Assembly (NCBI GenBank): GCA_927910745.1
Contig: CAKMNX010000028.1
Location: 11,653 to 75,652, forward strand
From: an uncultured Candidatus Saccharibacteria bacterium
GTDB taxonomy: Bacteria > Patescibacteriota > Saccharimonadia > Saccharimonadales > Saccharimonadaceae
Length of the DNA stretch: 64,000 nt
Reading direction: 5' to 3'
Part shown: positions 59,871 through 64,000 of the stretch, piece by piece
How positions within the stretch are numbered: position 1 is the stretch's first letter
How the letters are laid out: each line of letters opens with the position of its first letter
Position numbers and translations under genes: made by a program
Notes under the pieces: generated by a model
Databases searched by the model: none
The model's input: the letters and a program-made list of their open reading frames with translations, nothing else
Told to the model about the DNA's origin: nothing

Positions 59871-60818
59871 TTATATAAAATCAGCAATATCATCGCCGCG
59901 CGCCAGTGCGATAGTGTCTTCTATATCTAGCTGGTCTAGGTTGTCGTGCGTGCTTGAGCCGGCTGCTTGCGTTTGCAGGTAGCCATCAACGAACGCATCA
60001 ATATCCGCTAGGGATGGAGCAAGTGTTAACGTTTCGCGATCGAACATATTGTTCACATCACTCAGGCGGTCGACAGTGGCATCATGGCTGTAGCGGATAT
60101 CGGTATACGTTTCGGTATCTAAGTGGCGGATGGCACCATGCGAATCAAGCGCAAAATTCTTAGCCTGGGCATCACCGTGAATAAAGCCGTGGTTGTGGAG
60201 CTCTGCCATAGCGCGGCCCGCTACCTGGTACATAGCTCGGCGGGTTTCCGCTGGGGTGTTGGGATTCCATAGATAGTTATCGAGCGTGTTGACGTTATGT
60301 TCGTAACGGCTTAACACGCCAACGCGCTGTGCTCCCCCGGCGGTATTCTCTGCACGAATAAAGCCAAGCGGTGTATAGACTTTGTGCTCACCAAAGCGCT
60401 CATTTACGGCCTTGGCTGCTAAGAACTCGCGACTAGCTGTAATGGGGTGTATGTACTTAACAGCTACAAGTTCGGTAATGGTACCAGCTTCTAGCTGTGC
60501 CATGTGGAGCTGGCCAAAAGCAACCTCGGCACGGCTATGCTGGCGGCCACGCTCTAGGCCGGGTACCTGGTTGAGGCTGTAGTTGTGTAAATTCTGGTTA
60601 TTCACCGTGGCGGTAATACCAGACAACTCTGGCGGTAACAAGAGCAAATCACCTGTTGTAAGACTACCAAGCTTACGGATGAGTCGTTCATTACGAAAAT
60701 CGCGTTTTGCGGCTGTTTCGCTGGTGGGAATATATTTCTTTTTAAGGTAGTCAACGGTGTTGATCTGTTGAATGGGATCACCATCGATAATTAAGGTGGG
60801 TGCTATCTTCTCACTCAT
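59871..60818 (-). CDS. protein-kinase-like fold phosphotransferase (Kdo/aminoglycoside kinase-like)
   Basis: HGFIHGDAQAKNF catalytic-loop-like motif, plus a DxxxN-type motif downstream. Confidence 0.4.
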   Translation of the reverse strand: MSEKIAPTLIIDGDPIQQINTVDYLKKKYIPTSETAAKRDFRNERLIRKLGSLTTGDLLLLPPELSGITATVNNQNLHNYSLNQVPGLERGRQHSRAEVAFGQLHMAQLEAGTITELVAVKYIHPITASREFLAAKAVNERFGEHKVYTPLGFIRAENTAGGAQRVGVLSRYEHNVNTLDNYLWNPNTPAETRRAMYQVAGRAMAELHNHGFIHGDAQAKNFALDSHGAIRHLDTETYTDIRYSHDATVDRLSDVNNMFDRETLTLAPSLADIDAFVDGYLQTQAAGSSTHDNLDQLDIEDTIALARGDDIADFI

Positions 60819-61149
60819 ACTGTATATTTACCATAAAAATAATGGATAGTCAATATATGCGTACAAATCTCCCTACCTTTGCAACATCTCAGCAGGTGTC
60901 TGCAGCTGTATGTCTAAGTGTATGCGCTATTTATTGCTCGCCAATATTAGGATGAGAGAATGCGTTGTGTGCTGGAGACCCCAGAGGGGCGGAAGCGGCT
61001 TGATGATCTTATTGAATTTCTCACACAGGAAGATGAAAAAGAACGGCATTCTTGGGAACAACAAGACTAAGGTGATGAAGTAATTTAAATGTATCAAGTA
61101 ACAAAATTTCTAAACTCTGAATCATATCACTGTACAGTGATATACACAG

Positions 61150-61722
61150 CTACGCCGCCCGAAACTCATACACAAGCGCACCTGTCCTTTGTGAGAGACA
61201 GATGATGCCTAGGTCGGGCGAGCCGTGTTTGTCTGGGAGTGTTTGGCCAAGATAATGGAAGCGAATAATACACGAGCTATCTGGTGCAGCGGCCGAGCTT
61301 AGCAGAGTACGCGCGTGGCCAGACACCTGCTCTGAAGAATCAAGTGGCAATGTGCGCCCAAGCCGCGAATATGCCATCCACCCCGTGCAACCAAATTTGC
61401 AATCGCGAAATGGCTGGCTAGCGAGCAGACGCTGACGTGCGGCGTGGTCGGTGATAGTGCCGATGACGATACCACCTGGCCCATCAATATTGATAAATTC
61501 ACCGCGGCTTAGGGCAATGTCGAGTGACTGCGTGGCCTCGCTTTTCACTCGCTGCGTGAGTTCCTTTGTCGCATTCGTCCAGAGTGGTTCGGGTCGCATT
61601 GCGTGCAGGACAGTGCTCATGCCAACGCCTACCACGATGAGCAGAATTATTACCACAAGCGGCAGCCATAGATGGCGGAGAAGAGCAGAGAGGTTAGTGA
61701 GTGTGCTACGCATATATTTCAT
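61150..61722 (-). CDS. hypothetical membrane-anchored protein
   Basis: N-terminal TM helix. No recognisable family. Confidence 0.3.
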   Translation of the reverse strand: MKYMRSTLTNLSALLRHLWLPLVVIILLIVVGVGMSTVLHAMRPEPLWTNATKELTQRVKSEATQSLDIALSRGEFINIDGPGGIVIGTITDHAARQRLLASQPFRDCKFGCTGWMAYSRLGRTLPLDSSEQVSGHARTLLSSAAAPDSSCIIRFHYLGQTLPDKHGSPDLGIICLSQRTGALVYEFRAA

Positions 61723-61808
61723 GCATATAGTATATATCAGGCGCTTGATGCTTGCAATGAGAATAAAACGATGTAATAGCTAAGAATATAAGAGTAGCTT
61801 ATCGTGTG

Positions 61809-63476
61809 TTATTTTGTGCCAGCAAGGTAGATTTCTTGCACCTGGGCATCATTCAGCGCGGTGGTGTGGACAGCCCCAAACTGCATCATGCCAGTGAAGA
61901 ATGTGTTTGTGCTGTTGATGGGTGTGCCATCGCCATTGTGCCACTCGCTAAAGCGCCCACAGCCAAACTTCCAGTAGCCGCGGAAGTTTTGGGCCTGCGT
62001 GACACTCGGGTCATGAGCAACCAGTGCGCCATCGGCATAGAGCCGCATCCCTTGTGGTGAGAGTGAGGCAGCGACGTGGTGCCACTTGCCATCGGCGTAG
62101 TTTTTGCCGGCTGGTGAGAAGACAGAGCGTGTGGCATTGGGCCACACTGCAAAGGCAATACGTCCTTGCTTGTCGAGAAAGAGGACGCGGTCTAGGCTTG
62201 GGTCCGCACCATTGTCTGGTGTACTGGCAAAGCCGGCGATGCGCCCATTATTGAGCCCATATTGATTGGTATTGAACCAGACAGAGAGGGTAAAAGGGTT
62301 GGGGTTATCGACGAGTGTAGGGTAGGCAAGGCAGGTATCTTTGAAGAGGGTGCTGCGCACACGGTCGCGGCGGCAAGCGTATGATTGTGAACCATGAGCG
62401 GCGGCTGTGCGTGTGAGCCAGGTACCCTTATTGTTATTGCCAGATAGGTCGCGCTCGGTAGTGCCGGTATCGAAGAATGTCATGCCGTAAATGAAGAGCG
62501 CCTGCGAGGGGGCAGTGAGCTTGGTGGCATCAGTGCAGTTGTAGAGCACTGGGCGGGTGGTATTAGTATTGTTGTGGATCGTACCGGAAAACGCCCCACT
62601 TGTTAGATAAAAATTATGAAAGATAATAAAGCATATCCCCACTAGGGTGATAATCGCTGCGATAATGACAGAGGTAGCAGGCAGTGGCTGTGGTGAGCTA
62701 TCTGCTGGAGTAGGCCGAGATAGCTGGCGAAGGCCATAGAGCATGAGCCCAAAAGGGATAAGACAAATGAGCAGAATGCACAAGACGACCCACGCTGTGT
62801 AATGAATCGTTGGCATGAAAAAATACTGCCCATGGCTATTTTGTACTGAGACGGTAATGGTAGCATCTTGACCGGGGTAGAGCACTGTGCCGACTGCGTC
62901 GATTGGGAAAACGCCGGTATTGACGATGTGCATAAGGGCGCCTTTGTCTGAAGGGAGAACGCTGAACACACTAAAATTGATCCACGGATGAAACCACAGC
63001 GACACAGCACAGAGCACCAGCGTCATACCGATGATCCGATAATACCAGCGCCACGCTGGGCGAGCTCGGCGGGTGACCAGATGGATGATGAGCCAGCCGA
63101 TCACCACCCATGGCGCCATCAGCCATACCCAGCCAAGCCATGGGTTGATGAAAATTGCTTTGCCAATGATGGCGCTGTGCTCAATGGGGAGTGGATCAGC
63201 CGCGTGGTTGAGGTCGCCCTTGGTGAGGATACGTTGGTTGGTGATGGACTGAATCCGATGAGTATACGTCCGGCCGTGGCGCCGGAAGGTGATGATATCA
63301 CCGGGGTGGTAGCTGCTAGCTGGCTGGGTAACGACGAGTGCGCCAACTGGTGCGGCGGTAGCCATGCTCGGCGTTGTGACAAAAAAGATACGCATGCCGA
63401 GCGCCATCATCACGGCAACGAAGCCTCCAAGACAGAGGCTTAGGATAGTGATGATAATTATTCGTTGCCGCGGCAT
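61809..63476 (-). CDS. fusion protein: SipW-type (ER/archaeal-type) signal peptidase I domain + polytopic membrane region + C-terminal LamG (concanavalin-like) domain
   Basis: SipW motifs: Ser box TTPSMATAAP, then GDIITF, THRI, TKGDLNHAADP and IIGK. About six TM helices follow. The C-terminus resembles Laminin_G_3 (TLSVWFNTN...GKWHHVAASL...LYADG). Confidence 0.5.
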   Translation of the reverse strand: MPRQRIIIITILSLCLGGFVAVMMALGMRIFFVTTPSMATAAPVGALVVTQPASSYHPGDIITFRRHGRTYTHRIQSITNQRILTKGDLNHAADPLPIEHSAIIGKAIFINPWLGWVWLMAPWVVIGWLIIHLVTRRARPAWRWYYRIIGMTLVLCAVSLWFHPWINFSVFSVLPSDKGALMHIVNTGVFPIDAVGTVLYPGQDATITVSVQNSHGQYFFMPTIHYTAWVVLCILLICLIPFGLMLYGLRQLSRPTPADSSPQPLPATSVIIAAIITLVGICFIIFHNFYLTSGAFSGTIHNNTNTTRPVLYNCTDATKLTAPSQALFIYGMTFFDTGTTERDLSGNNNKGTWLTRTAAAHGSQSYACRRDRVRSTLFKDTCLAYPTLVDNPNPFTLSVWFNTNQYGLNNGRIAGFASTPDNGADPSLDRVLFLDKQGRIAFAVWPNATRSVFSPAGKNYADGKWHHVAASLSPQGMRLYADGALVAHDPSVTQAQNFRGYWKFGCGRFSEWHNGDGTPINSTNTFFTGMMQFGAVHTTALNDAQVQEIYLAGTK

Positions 63477-63500
63477 GCGTATCGTCCTACTCCAGAGGAA

Positions 63501-64000
63501 TTACGCGCCAAATGTCCACGTCAGTGGTTGCGAGACCTGCAGACCTTGGTAGGTTGGGCCAGCACTGGCGTCGAGCGACACCTCGAAGGTGATCGGCACG
63601 CTCTCACCAGCATTGATGGTTGCCTTGCTGAGCTTGGCGAGCAGGTCAATAGCACCGCCTGCTTGCAATTGTGCGGCAGTACCCGTAAAGAGCGTGCTGC
63701 TGCCTGACTTGATGGCTACCTTAACCTTGCTGCAGAGGTCGGTTGCATTACCCGCGAGAGAAGCACCAGGGACTTTGGACTGGCTGCATGTGCCTGGGTC
63801 GAGGCTAAAGGATGTTGCGGCGACGCTACCCGTGTTCTCCAGGGTAATGTTGGTCGTTTTGGCTGGACCACCAGCAACGAGTGCGGCATCAGTGCCGCCA
63901 TACTTATTGATAGTAGAGCAGGTAGCAGAGTTGGTCGTTGCACCAGCACCATCTGTGCTATTGCAGGTGTAGGTACCCGATGTTTCCTTCATAGTGAGTG
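63501..64000 (-). CDS. putative SipW-cognate secreted protein (TasA/camelysin-like position), 5' end beyond the window
   Basis: Open frame to the window edge. Ser/Thr/Gly-rich secreted-looking protein sitting immediately upstream of the SipW fusion. Confidence 0.3.
   Translation of the reverse strand, partial: LTMKETSGTYTCNSTDGAGATTNSATCSTINKYGGTDAALVAGGPAKTTNITLENTGSVAATSFSLDPGTCSQSKVPGASLAGNATDLCSKVKVAIKSGSSTLFTGTAAQLQAGGAIDLLAKLSKATINAGESVPITFEVSLDASAGPTYQGLQVSQPLTWTFGA

Noticed and set aside
60958-61071. 37-aa ORF (MRCVLETPEGRKRLDDLIEFLTQEDEKERHSWEQQD) in the 330-bp intergenic gap
   Set aside because: It is too short and has no RBS or homology signal I can verify. It is noted only as a possible small protein.
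1-64000. CRISPR arrays, IS elements, integrases and prophage genes
   Set aside because: I looked for spaced direct repeats and for transposase, integrase or phage-structural-like ORFs and found none. The only tandem repeats are coding ones: the hsdS 12-mer, the Cys module and low-complexity tails.

Overview
This is a 64 kb chromosomal segment, about 50-55% GC, with one clearly lower-GC accessory block at about 38.5-47.8 kb. It contains about 58 protein-coding genes and 3 tRNAs. I found no CRISPR array, transposase or integrase.

The gene set (sortase with LPXTG/LAXTG substrates, PdaC-like deacetylase, SipW-type signal peptidase, type IV pili, small and dispersed housekeeping genes) fits a Gram-positive-type envelope. 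It is also compatible with a reduced-genome lineage such as Saccharibacteria/CPR. That is inference only.

Housekeeping genes found:
- rimK (3' part), yebC, comEC, tRNA-Lys(UUU).
- ruvC, PBP1A, ruvA and ruvB. The ruv genes are dispersed among unrelated genes.
- recA and recX, separated by three inserted genes.
- tsaE and a short tsaB, rny, eno, gpmA.
- Two tandem tRNA-Pro genes (CGG and UGG).
- A GDPD phosphodiesterase and an FAD disulfide oxidoreductase.

A complete type IV pilus module lies on the minus strand: pilin, pilM, pilN, pilO, pilC and pilB. Both pilB and pilC are broken by single-base frameshifts.

The low-GC island carries a type I R-M system in the order hsdM, RhuM fragment, large ABC/SMC-like ATPase, hsdS, hsdR. 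A T5orf172/DUF4357 gene precedes it. hsdM, the ATPase and hsdS each carry a homopolymer frameshift. hsdS has a 3 x 12-bp tandem repeat in its central spacer region.

Other notable items:
- A surface protein with a lamin-tail domain and Cys-rich repeats sits next to comEC.
- A 1016-aa VirB4/VirD4/HerA-superfamily ATPase is followed by small proteins and an LPHTG-anchored surface protein.
- A sortase lies near an LADTG-anchored protein.
- A SipW-LamG fusion sits next to a putative TasA-like secreted protein.
- One HhH gene contains an in-frame TAG.
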